This document shows positions 7,841 to 14,992 of a stretch of DNA of 53,599 nt, piece after piece. Within the stretch, counting starts at the first letter, position 1. Each line of letters opens with the position of its first letter. Below the pieces are notes generated by a model. That model was not told the DNA's origin and made no database searches. It worked only from the letters and a program-made list of their open reading frames with translations. This stretch comes from a virus, in the IMG/VR virus record IMGVR_UViG_3300045988_107797, positions 1 through 53,599 of that record. One strand, 5' to 3'. The translations under genes were made by a program, and so were the position numbers.

Positions 7841-7996
7841 TTAATTGTGAGAATCATCTTGTTTATCTCTCTTCACACACTTACCATCTGCAAAGTGGTA
7901 GTCTATAGAGTAAATACAATCTGCACAGTCATTTGTTTCATCACCGCCAAGCGGGCATTCGAGGAATTCGTCAAGCCTTTCTGTTGAATTATCCAT
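7841..7996 (-). CDS. Cys-rich small protein (51 aa)
   Basis: Start moved to the ATG at 7996, which has an AAAGGAGAA SD. Contains ECPLGG...DCADC...GKC. Confidence 0.5.
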   Translation of the reverse strand: MDNSTERLDEFLECPLGGDETNDCADCIYSIDYHFADGKCVKRDKQDDSHN

Positions 7997-8024
7997 TGTT
8001 TTTCTCCTTTTGAATATTAATTTA

Positions 8025-8240
8025 CTACCATTTACAAGAGTAGTACTTACAACCAACTGAGATTCCACTAATGAAATCATATTGAGTAACTTTATTTGAT
8101 GTGATTCCATCTGGTGTATTTTGAGTCACAGTTGCGTTTTCAACTGCTTTGAGAATATCAATATAGTCCTGCTTGTAAATACATACTTCCCGATGAGCGC
8201 AGCGAGTACATAATGTTTCTTTTACTTCTGAGTTAGGCAT
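8025..8240 (-). CDS. Cys-rich small protein (71 aa)
   Basis: ATG at 8240 follows an AAAGGAGAA SD. An alternative start at 8258 overlaps the upstream stop. Contains CTRCAHREVC...GCKYYSCK. Confidence 0.5.
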   Translation of the reverse strand: MPNSEVKETLCTRCAHREVCIYKQDYIDILKAVENATVTQNTPDGITSNKVTQYDFISGISVGCKYYSCKW

Positions 8241-8254
8241 TAGTTGTTCTCCTT

Positions 8255-8638
8255 TCATGCGACCATAAAGAAAAGTTTCCAGAGAATTGGATGCTTCCTT
8301 ATCTTTTCAACCAGACGCAAGGCCACTTCGGCATTTACATTTTCCCAATTTCCCGTATCAATTACATATCCATTTTCGGATATAAGCAATTTCTGAACAA
8401 GAATAGAAAATTCAAAGCCATTGAGGTAACCTTTTTCAGTAGCTTTATCAATAATGTTTTTTTGTTCAGTATTGCAAGGGCAATGATCGTCGTAATAATA
8501 TTTCAATGCTCTGCGAATTGCATCTGATTTTGTTAGTTTTGAATATTTGCAAATTTCGTCAAGAGTTTGACTTTCTCTTGGGCTTAACTGAGCTCTGCAA
8601 ACGACTTTTTTCGCGTTTCTTTTTTGCTTTTCTGCCAT
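8255..8638 (-). CDS. Ribbon-helix-helix (CopG-like) DNA-binding protein candidate
   Basis: SPRESQTLDEICKYSKLTKSDAIRRALKYYY fits a beta-strand then helix-helix pattern. Confidence 0.4.
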   Translation of the reverse strand: MAEKQKRNAKKVVCRAQLSPRESQTLDEICKYSKLTKSDAIRRALKYYYDDHCPCNTEQKNIIDKATEKGYLNGFEFSILVQKLLISENGYVIDTGNWENVNAEVALRLVEKIRKHPILWKLFFMVA

Positions 8639-8664
8639 AAATATCGACCCTTATTTCAAAAAAA

Positions 8665-8925
8665 TCAATTTATAGATTGGTTCATTTCATATTTTGCTTT
8701 TTGTCGAATATCCAGCAATCTGTTCAATTGCTCCTGATTAGGAAGATGTGATCTTTCAATCGTTAACTCTGGAATGGATCTCATTTCGGGATCGAATTCA
8801 ATTGTCACCTTTAAGTTCGAAATAAAATCAGATCTCCCAGCAATGTCCTCCGCCATATCGTGCATCATCTGAGCTCCGATTTTAATAGACTCGGTGAGAT
8901 AGGTACGATACTGTTCACTAGTCAT
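8665..8925 (-). CDS. Hypothetical protein (86 aa)
   Basis: ORF track. Confidence 0.55.
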   Translation of the reverse strand: MTSEQYRTYLTESIKIGAQMMHDMAEDIAGRSDFISNLKVTIEFDPEMRSIPELTIERSHLPNQEQLNRLLDIRQKAKYEMNQSIN

Positions 8926-9637
8926 TATTTTCCTCCTTACCAGTAATCAGCTCACTGTACGGCAGCCTCTCAATCCAGTCACAGAAGGTATGCCACTCAT
9001 CGAGCTTATGGTTCCGACGAGACTTGTACATGTTTGCCAATACCTCATAATTCAACATTACTGTACGTTTCTGGTTATAGCTACTCGGAAGTAGCTGGAT
9101 CATCTGCCACCAGTATTTCTTATCTTTGGTTTGTAAATATAAATCCCTGTAGGAATTTAAGCATTCAATGGTCGTTGCCAATGCTTGTATTGGGCTTATA
9201 CGAATATGCTGTTCTCGAATTTCCATGCATGCAGAGTTTATAAGCTTTTCATGGCTGAAGTCATCAAATGTAAACTCCTTATCCGCAATCTTATGCATCG
9301 TACTGCAAGAGTTTGCAACTGTTCCAACTTTGTAAGTATCGAATTCTTTCCACCAATACAGCGGTGCCGTAATATCAAGATAGACAATGATCATCCGCAT
9401 GAATTTACGATGATCTGTACCGGCGTTGCGAAGACGCATCATTAGATCGTGATCGTTGGGGCCCAAATACAAACCACTTTCTTTATCGCATCCATCAATC
9501 GGTTTTCCGCAGAATTCATTACACCAAACGAATCCTTTAGTACAACTATCACTCTTATCCCACGAGTTCATCGGATTTCTCATTCCTCTAATAGCTGCCT
9601 CAAAACCTACAACCTCGGTGTTTTCAATTTTAAGCAT
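8918..9637 (-). CDS. Distant ThyX-like (flavin-dependent thymidylate-synthase-fold) protein candidate
   Basis: Start moved to the ATG at 9637 (GGAGGA SD). GTDHRKFMRMIIVYLDITAPLYWWKEFDTYKVGTVANSCSTMH resembles the ThyX core, but the canonical RHRxxS...S-x-R-Y is replaced. Confidence 0.3.
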   Translation of the reverse strand: MLKIENTEVVGFEAAIRGMRNPMNSWDKSDSCTKGFVWCNEFCGKPIDGCDKESGLYLGPNDHDLMMRLRNAGTDHRKFMRMIIVYLDITAPLYWWKEFDTYKVGTVANSCSTMHKIADKEFTFDDFSHEKLINSACMEIREQHIRISPIQALATTIECLNSYRDLYLQTKDKKYWWQMIQLLPSSYNQKRTVMLNYEVLANMYKSRRNHKLDEWHTFCDWIERLPYSELITGKEENND

Positions 9638-10034
9638 TTTTATCCTCCAGTTTAATAAATATACCATACTCACCGTTATCGGTGGCAAGAGTTTTGCCTT
9701 TTAGAAGAGCCATAATATCTTCTGTCGACAGCTCAAATGTATAGTTGCCCCAACATGAACTATTTAACTCCCTCATCATTTTCTTAGTGGCTTTAATTTT
9801 TTGATCATCGATCATAGCATGCGGGCACTTAAATGCGTCCAATTCACAGAAGATGCACATAGCTCCACGTGTCAACGTCCAGCAACGATTAGTAAGTGCT
9901 ATACAATCACTGGTCATGAACTCCTTAAGCTCCTCATAATCATTTTGCGCATCACGAAGATGTTCGCGAAGAAGATTTATCTCGGTTTTCAATCGCTCGT
10001 TTTCCTTTGTGTTAAGTAATTCCTCAAGATTCAT
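9630..10034 (-). CDS. Hypothetical coiled-coil protein (134 aa)
   Basis: ORF track. Confidence 0.55.
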   Translation of the reverse strand: MNLEELLNTKENERLKTEINLLREHLRDAQNDYEELKEFMTSDCIALTNRCWTLTRGAMCIFCELDAFKCPHAMIDDQKIKATKKMMRELNSSCWGNYTFELSTEDIMALLKGKTLATDNGEYGIFIKLEDKNA

Positions 10035-10588
10035 TGTTTATCTCCTTCCGATAAGCAGGAAAAGTATTTCACTTGCTCAACATCGCCACCCTGTATAGTG
10101 ACCGACTGCATAAGACACTTCTTTTCTTCATCCCAGAACAGAGTATCCAGAATATGGTCAATATCATCCTGAATATCCTTCTCTGTCATACGCATGACCT
10201 CGTAACCTTCAAGGCCAACACTAGCGCGGAGTTTCTTCATAACCATACCTGTCCACGTACGGAACTTACGAGCTTCAAGACGTCTGCTAGCAAATAAAGC
10301 TTCGTATATACCTAATTCGTTGACGGCAAGCATCCAGCGAGTTTTATTATCTCCAGGACGACGCCCAAAGTCTTCACTAATAGGATCGTGCTCGTATCTA
10401 AGGTCCTTTGAAGGGACATCAGATGTATCGACCAAGACTCTTTCAAGCATGCTCGGTTCAAGACGCTCTGCTATTTTCGCAGTTCTCAGTTGAAGAGCAT
10501 CGCAAATATCTTTAAGGATAGCCCACCATTCGCCATTAATTTCAACGAAACGAATGTCGTACCCACACCAGGTTTCAATTTTCATCAT
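10031..10588 (-). CDS. Bro-N domain protein (antirepressor-like)
   Basis: YDIRFVEINGEWWAILKDICDALQL...ELGIYEALFASRRLEARKFRTW matches the Bro-N pattern. Confidence 0.65.
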   Translation of the reverse strand: MMKIETWCGYDIRFVEINGEWWAILKDICDALQLRTAKIAERLEPSMLERVLVDTSDVPSKDLRYEHDPISEDFGRRPGDNKTRWMLAVNELGIYEALFASRRLEARKFRTWTGMVMKKLRASVGLEGYEVMRMTEKDIQDDIDHILDTLFWDEEKKCLMQSVTIQGGDVEQVKYFSCLSEGDKQ

Positions 10589-10794
10589 TTTTTATCCTCC
10601 TGAAACTTATCAGACATGAACTTCTCAAACTTATCCATGCATTCTGGGCATAAGTCTATAGCATAAGAAGAGTTTATCGTGTTGCCGATAGCGTTTCTTT
10701 GAATTCTTCGTATCGCATTGTATTGCAATTTATTTTCGGTCGGATAATGCTCGTACAATTTTCCACATCTATCGCATTTCTTTGCTAGTGCCAT
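10585..10794 (-). CDS. Zinc-ribbon small protein (69 aa)
   Basis: Contains CDRCGK...CPEC. Confidence 0.55.
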   Translation of the reverse strand: MALAKKCDRCGKLYEHYPTENKLQYNAIRRIQRNAIGNTINSSYAIDLCPECMDKFEKFMSDKFQEDKK

Positions 10795-10978
10795 CGCTAT
10801 TCTCCTTTTTCAGATGATTATAAAGAACTTTGCATTTGCATTGGTTTTCGCATTTTACTACCGTATCACCGCAAAGGTATTGCTCTTCATTTGAATAATA
10901 TAAAACCGGTCTTTGATCTACATACGGTTCAAATTCCAAGCAGTCCTGACAATATTCGCATACATCAAGTTTAATCAT
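10769..10978 (-). CDS. Cys-rich small protein (69 aa)
   Basis: Contains CEYCQDC...CGD...CENQCKC. Confidence 0.5.
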   Translation of the reverse strand: MIKLDVCEYCQDCLEFEPYVDQRPVLYYSNEEQYLCGDTVVKCENQCKCKVLYNHLKKENSDGTSKEMR

Positions 10979-11011
10979 CGTTATTGTCCTTTTGATAATT
11001 TATAGAACTAA

Positions 11012-11050
11012 GAAAAAAGTAAAAGGCCACTTTTGTGACCTCTTACTTTA
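11012..11050 (-). terminator. Rho-independent terminator
   Basis: Coding strand reads AAAGTAAGAGGTCAC-AAAA-GTGGCCTTTTACTTTTTTC: a 12-bp stem, then a U-run. It lies directly after the stop of 11059..11379. Confidence 0.75.
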
Positions 11051-11058
11051 TTGTTTTA

Positions 11059-11379
11059 TTAAGCTTTGATTCCTCCATGCTTATTGATAAGCTCTTCGAC
11101 TATTTCGATAGGCACGTAACCATAAACGGTTTCAGTGTATGGTTCGTCTTCGGCATACTCGTTAATGAGTTCATCTTCTATACTCGGATAACCAAGCTCA
11201 ACGCTTTCATAATCTTGCATCCCATTGCATCTTGGTTCACAATAATGAAATTCGCTGGCTTGTACCGAAATAGAATATCCATCATTACAGTACAACCTCG
11301 GTCGTTTCTCTTGAATTTCTGTTCCATCAACATAATTACGTGTCGTAATCGTTTTCTTCAACCAATCTTTAATTGTCAT
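11059..11379 (-). CDS. Hypothetical protein (106 aa)
   Basis: ORF track. It has its own promoter-like block and terminator. Confidence 0.6.
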   Translation of the reverse strand: MTIKDWLKKTITTRNYVDGTEIQEKRPRLYCNDGYSISVQASEFHYCEPRCNGMQDYESVELGYPSIEDELINEYAEDEPYTETVYGYVPIEIVEELINKHGGIKA

Positions 11380-11391
11380 GTTAAATCAACT

Positions 11392-11424
11392 CCCTTCATT
11401 ATAGGGAATGTATTTTTCGCGTGA
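11392..11424 (-). promoter_or_regulatory. Copy of the conserved promoter-like block (ACGCG-N14-TATAAT)
   Basis: Coding strand reads ACGCGAAAAATACATTCCCTATAATGAAGGG. Confidence 0.55.
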
Positions 11425-11823
11425 CTAGGAATTAATATTTGATAGCTCGTTAAATTGATTCTTCATTGCCATCATGTCTGTGAAAGCTTGGTCAATTCTA
11501 TCCAATTCAATCTGGTCTGCGTAAGCTTCGTTAGCAAGAAGCCATATAAAGTAAATATAATTGATCGAATCCTGACACTTTTCGAGAAGATCGTCTCGGT
11601 CAGACCAATCGGAATATTCAACCTTATCACGAAGTGCCACAAGGTGCTTAGTCAAATATCCCCAACAGCACTGAGCCGGCGTACAGTTTGCGATACTTGC
11701 TCCCTCTTTAAAATTATGCAGAGGATCATCTTTTTTACCATATAGCGCGTTTTTATTCTTTAGAACTTTTTTAGAGGAAGCATCAAGCTCGTCAATCAGT
11801 TTATTAAATATGTCACGTGTCAT
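11425..11823 (-). CDS. DUF1599-like protein (nucleotide-modification-associated family, from memory)
   Basis: KNKNALYGKKDDPLHNF...WGYLTKHLVALRDKV is similar to the DUF1599 pattern. Confidence 0.35.
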   Translation of the reverse strand: MTRDIFNKLIDELDASSKKVLKNKNALYGKKDDPLHNFKEGASIANCTPAQCCWGYLTKHLVALRDKVEYSDWSDRDDLLEKCQDSINYIYFIWLLANEAYADQIELDRIDQAFTDMMAMKNQFNELSNINS

Positions 11824-11825
11824 TA

Positions 11826-11981
11826 TTATTTCTCCTTATAATTGACTGGTTTATGTGAGTATGTATTGGTGGGATTCTCCAAACATTCGTTACACGGTTC
11901 TTCATCGCCTTTAAGTTCCGCGTACTTACAAGTTTTACAATATTCGTAAAAATATACTTCTTTTTCGATATTATCCATCAT
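11826..11981 (-). CDS. Zinc-ribbon micro-protein (51 aa, below the ORF-track cutoff)
   Basis: My own translation is MMDNIEKEVYFYEYCKTCKYAELKGDEEPCNECLENPTNTYSHKPVNYKEK. GGAGGA SD. Its stop abuts the next start. Confidence 0.5.
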   Translation of the reverse strand: MMDNIEKEVYFYEYCKTCKYAELKGDEEPCNECLENPTNTYSHKPVNYKEK

Positions 11982-11991
11982 TGATCCTCCT

Positions 11992-12420
11992 TTATGCAGT
12001 GCGAATAAGCCCGCCGTTCTTAGGCTTCACACAAACACTTTCAAATTCGGAAAAAGTATCATTGGTCAAATTATATACATACGCCATGATCGAGTAGCCA
12101 TATCTAGGATCATAGTTTTTAAGATCCTCACGATCAGTTGGCCAATCGTCTTCGTACTGAGAAATATAAAGAAGCGTCAACAATTCCTCGGTTTCGGTAG
12201 TAGAGGTTATAGCATGATAAACCAAACAATTATACTGGTTTTCAAATTTTTTAATAAGCTCGATTTGCTTATCAGTGTGCCAAAATAAGATTCCACATCC
12301 GAAGAACGAGACGGTAACTATGTCATTTTTTTCAAGATCGTTGACGGCATTTTCACGAATCTTAAGAATACGCATTCGAGCTAATGCTTCGTTCTTCATT
12401 TCATTACGAGTTACTGACAT
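11992..12420 (-). CDS. Hypothetical protein (142 aa)
   Basis: ORF track. Confidence 0.6.
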   Translation of the reverse strand: MSVTRNEMKNEALARMRILKIRENAVNDLEKNDIVTVSFFGCGILFWHTDKQIELIKKFENQYNCLVYHAITSTTETEELLTLLYISQYEDDWPTDREDLKNYDPRYGYSIMAYVYNLTNDTFSEFESVCVKPKNGGLIRTA

Positions 12421-12446
12421 GACGCACTCCTTTCAAAAAATATCAA

Positions 12447-13127
12447 TTAAGCCAAAATATCGACATTAGAATCATTCAGATCAGACGAATTTTCTCGAAG
12501 CTCGCAATAGGTTTCCCACGTAATCTCACGCCAATCTTTATTTTCCCTATCAGTAAAGAACCTATTGATATTGAATATTTCACCATCAGGCAACACGGCG
12601 TAGAATATCCCTTTAGTATCAAAATCACCATTTCCGTCCAAAGACAAGAAATCCTCAATATAAACTTTAATAGCATTCCCGGGACAGTACGGCATTTTAA
12701 CAGGGAAATATTCGTCCATGATTTTATCAATTAGACTGCTATGCCAAGAAGAACCGTTATGGATATCAACCCCAACGAAACGATTGACATCGGTATAATG
12801 TATCGATCCATCTGGCAATATTGTTTTAAATAGGCTGCTCATGCGTTTGTGTTGCCAGTGGTTCTCCCAAACAGGTTCTTCCCAGCTATCATCAGTATCG
12901 TAAATGGGGGTTAGAGGTCTTCCTTCAATAAGGCGGTTAAGAATGTTCTTTGTGATTTGAATACTCATCCCAGAATGCTGTACATTTGTAAGAACTTCGA
13001 AAGCTTTAAGTGCGTTTTCGTAGCATGCTACACCATACGCCCATTCGTTCCCAGATGCTGCGTCTTGCTCTCTACGGCAAGCCAATTCTACTTCGTTTTT
13101 CGCCCAATCCAGAACACTATTTTCCAT
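12447..13127 (-). CDS. Hypothetical protein (226 aa)
   Basis: ORF track. Confidence 0.6.
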   Translation of the reverse strand: MENSVLDWAKNEVELACRREQDAASGNEWAYGVACYENALKAFEVLTNVQHSGMSIQITKNILNRLIEGRPLTPIYDTDDSWEEPVWENHWQHKRMSSLFKTILPDGSIHYTDVNRFVGVDIHNGSSWHSSLIDKIMDEYFPVKMPYCPGNAIKVYIEDFLSLDGNGDFDTKGIFYAVLPDGEIFNINRFFTDRENKDWREITWETYCELRENSSDLNDSNVDILA

Positions 13128-14346
13128 CTGATATAAATTTCCCTTCGTTAAAATTTTGTTTTTTCTTTAATGCTTTTGAAATCGCCAAATCAATTCCTGA
13201 ATGAGTTTTAAAGTGATAGTAATATAAATCCTTATAAGGAGTATTGAGCCTATCGATTCTACCGCTTGCTTGGGTCATTACCTTATAAGAATAGTTTTGA
13301 GAATAGAATATAATAGTATCTGTTTTAATACAGTTCCAGCCTTCCGCTCCTGCATTATACTGAACTAAATATATCCATTTGTCTGTATCAGGAATTGGTT
13401 GATGCTTGTGGCCATTCCATTCTGCAATCTCTACCTGATCGCCATAATGAAGACTTTTAAGAATAGCTAGCTCGTAATCATAATTGTAAAATATAATAGC
13501 TCGTGAGTGACGTTCTAACAATTCCAGCAAAGCCACACATCGAGACTCATCAGAGTTTACAACACGCCGTAAAGCAAAACACAATTCACTCGCGTTTTCA
13601 ATTGGCTTGTCTTCCCAAATATTCCAGCGATTTCGATAGATGCTCTTATAGCTCAAAATATCATACTGAACATATACATCTTCGTGATGCGATACAGTCT
13701 CTCGACGAAAATCCATATTTACCAGAATCGAATTGCGCAATCGAATAAGCCGCCCAGTGTTTAAATATCTATCAATTTTAGGATAACTACCGTTTACCCA
13801 GCGATATACAATATGATCGTTTTTAAACTGAGTGCGGTTTTTGTAAAACCCATTGGCTATGAAGACCGGAATATAATCCGACCACGTATCCCCAGGTGTC
13901 GCACTTAACAAAATCCAGTCATTATGCTTGGCAATTTTAAGAAATGCCTTTACCCAAGTTCCGGATCCTACTACTCGCTGCTCGTCAAATATAAAGAAGG
14001 CACCAGATACTTCAGCATATTTATGAATGTTATTCCAAGAATCAATAACGACTTTATTGTGATATAGATTGTCTTCCTTATTTGGCGAAAGTAAAAAAGG
14101 AATCAACTCGGCTTCCCATTCTTTAGTATCTCGTTTTCTGGCCGTGGTAATAATATAAAGGTCTTTGATACCAACGTCGTCCATTGCAACGTATTCGTCC
14201 GTACCAATTTCGCCGCCTTGACAAATATAATAGTATGCCAGACCTGTTCTCGATTTACCGCTCCCGACGCCACCGCATAGAATGCAACCGTTTTTCATTC
14301 GTTTAACGGCGTCGAGTTGGTAATCTCGAAGCGATATACCAGCCAT
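13117..14346 (-). CDS. SF2 (SNF2/DEAD-like) helicase
   Basis: LRDYQLDAV, motif I GGVGSGKS, motif II FIFDEQ, motif VI QASGRIDRL. Confidence 0.75.
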   Translation of the reverse strand: MAGISLRDYQLDAVKRMKNGCILCGGVGSGKSRTGLAYYYICQGGEIGTDEYVAMDDVGIKDLYIITTARKRDTKEWEAELIPFLLSPNKEDNLYHNKVVIDSWNNIHKYAEVSGAFFIFDEQRVVGSGTWVKAFLKIAKHNDWILLSATPGDTWSDYIPVFIANGFYKNRTQFKNDHIVYRWVNGSYPKIDRYLNTGRLIRLRNSILVNMDFRRETVSHHEDVYVQYDILSYKSIYRNRWNIWEDKPIENASELCFALRRVVNSDESRCVALLELLERHSRAIIFYNYDYELAILKSLHYGDQVEIAEWNGHKHQPIPDTDKWIYLVQYNAGAEGWNCIKTDTIIFYSQNYSYKVMTQASGRIDRLNTPYKDLYYYHFKTHSGIDLAISKALKKKQNFNEGKFISDGK

Positions 14347-14380
14347 ATAGAACTTTACCTCCTAAATATAACTTAAGAGA

Positions 14381-14452
14381 AAAAGTAAAAGGGACTCGAA
14401 CCCTCGTCCTCTAAGTTTTAAACCTAGTGCTCTACCACTGAGCTATTACTTT
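14381..14452 (-). tRNA. tRNA with anticodon UAA (nominally Leu, codon UUA) but with class-I architecture
   Basis: 72 nt. Acceptor AAAGTAA/TTACTTT; U8. D arm GCTC-AGTGGTA-GAGC. Anticodon arm CTAGG-TTTAAAA-CTTAG (anticodon at 14418-14420). The variable loop is only AGGAC. T arm GAGGG-TTCGAGT-CCCTT. Discriminator U; no encoded CCA. Confidence 0.8.
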
Positions 14453-14486
14453 TTCTCTCATAATACGAGTTGCAAATTTTGCGTAA
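14453..14486 (-). promoter_or_regulatory. Copy of the conserved promoter-like block directly upstream of the tRNA
   Basis: Coding strand reads ACGCAAAATTTGCAACTCGTATTATGAGAGAA, then the tRNA 5' end. The hexamer ends 7 nt before the mature tRNA 5' end. Confidence 0.6.
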
Positions 14487-14495
14487 AACTTTAAT

Positions 14496-14972
14496 TTACC
14501 ACTCACTATCACCGTCGTCTGAATACTTATCAGCGAACTCATCGTCTGCAATCGTGACGTACATAGTCTTCAGATAAGCTTTGATGCCTTCCTTACCATT
14601 CAACTCCCAATTATAGGGTCGAATAGTCAGGTCTACATTGGCAATTTCTGCAAAGTCGAGTGTTTCTATGCTATCCTCGTCCAAAAGAACCTTCTTACCC
14701 TTATGAGTAATCATAACGATCTTTGGAGGAATCACCTTAAAGCTGACTGTAACCTGAATATAATTCGTGGGCTCGTCATCTTCATCTCTGGGTTTAAGTG
14801 CTCGAACGTTCCATCCATCTTCACGAAGGCGCTGCGCCATTTCTGGATCGTCTATGATAACACAGAAGTTACGATTGCCAGCTCTATTGAATGTCGTTTC
14901 CTCTCCGGCAAAATTTCGAAATATAATGTGAGCGTTTTCAATTATAATGTTATCTACATTCTTATATGCCAT
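14496..14972 (-). CDS. Putative ssDNA-binding protein
   Basis: 158 aa, immediately downstream of the polymerase. Acidic-aromatic C-terminal tail [16 protein letters not shown], as in SSB and gp2.5-type proteins. The family is recurrent next to phage polymerases (from memory). Confidence 0.4.
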   Translation of the reverse strand: MAYKNVDNIIIENAHIIFRNFAGEETTFNRAGNRNFCVIIDDPEMAQRLREDGWNVRALKPRDEDDEPTNYIQVTVSFKVIPPKIVMITHKGKKVLLDEDSIETLDFAEIANVDLTIRPYNWELNGKEGIKAYLKTMYVTIADDEFADKYSDDGDSEW

Positions 14973-14992
14973 GTTACTTAACTCCTTTTTTT

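Noticed and set aside
14381-14452. The tRNA as a stop-codon suppressor, implying an alternative genetic code
   Set aside because: With U33 and A37 fixed, the anticodon reads 5'-UAA-3', which pairs with UUA rather than with a stop codon. In addition, ORFs of 1370 and about 1390 aa are uninterrupted under the standard code.
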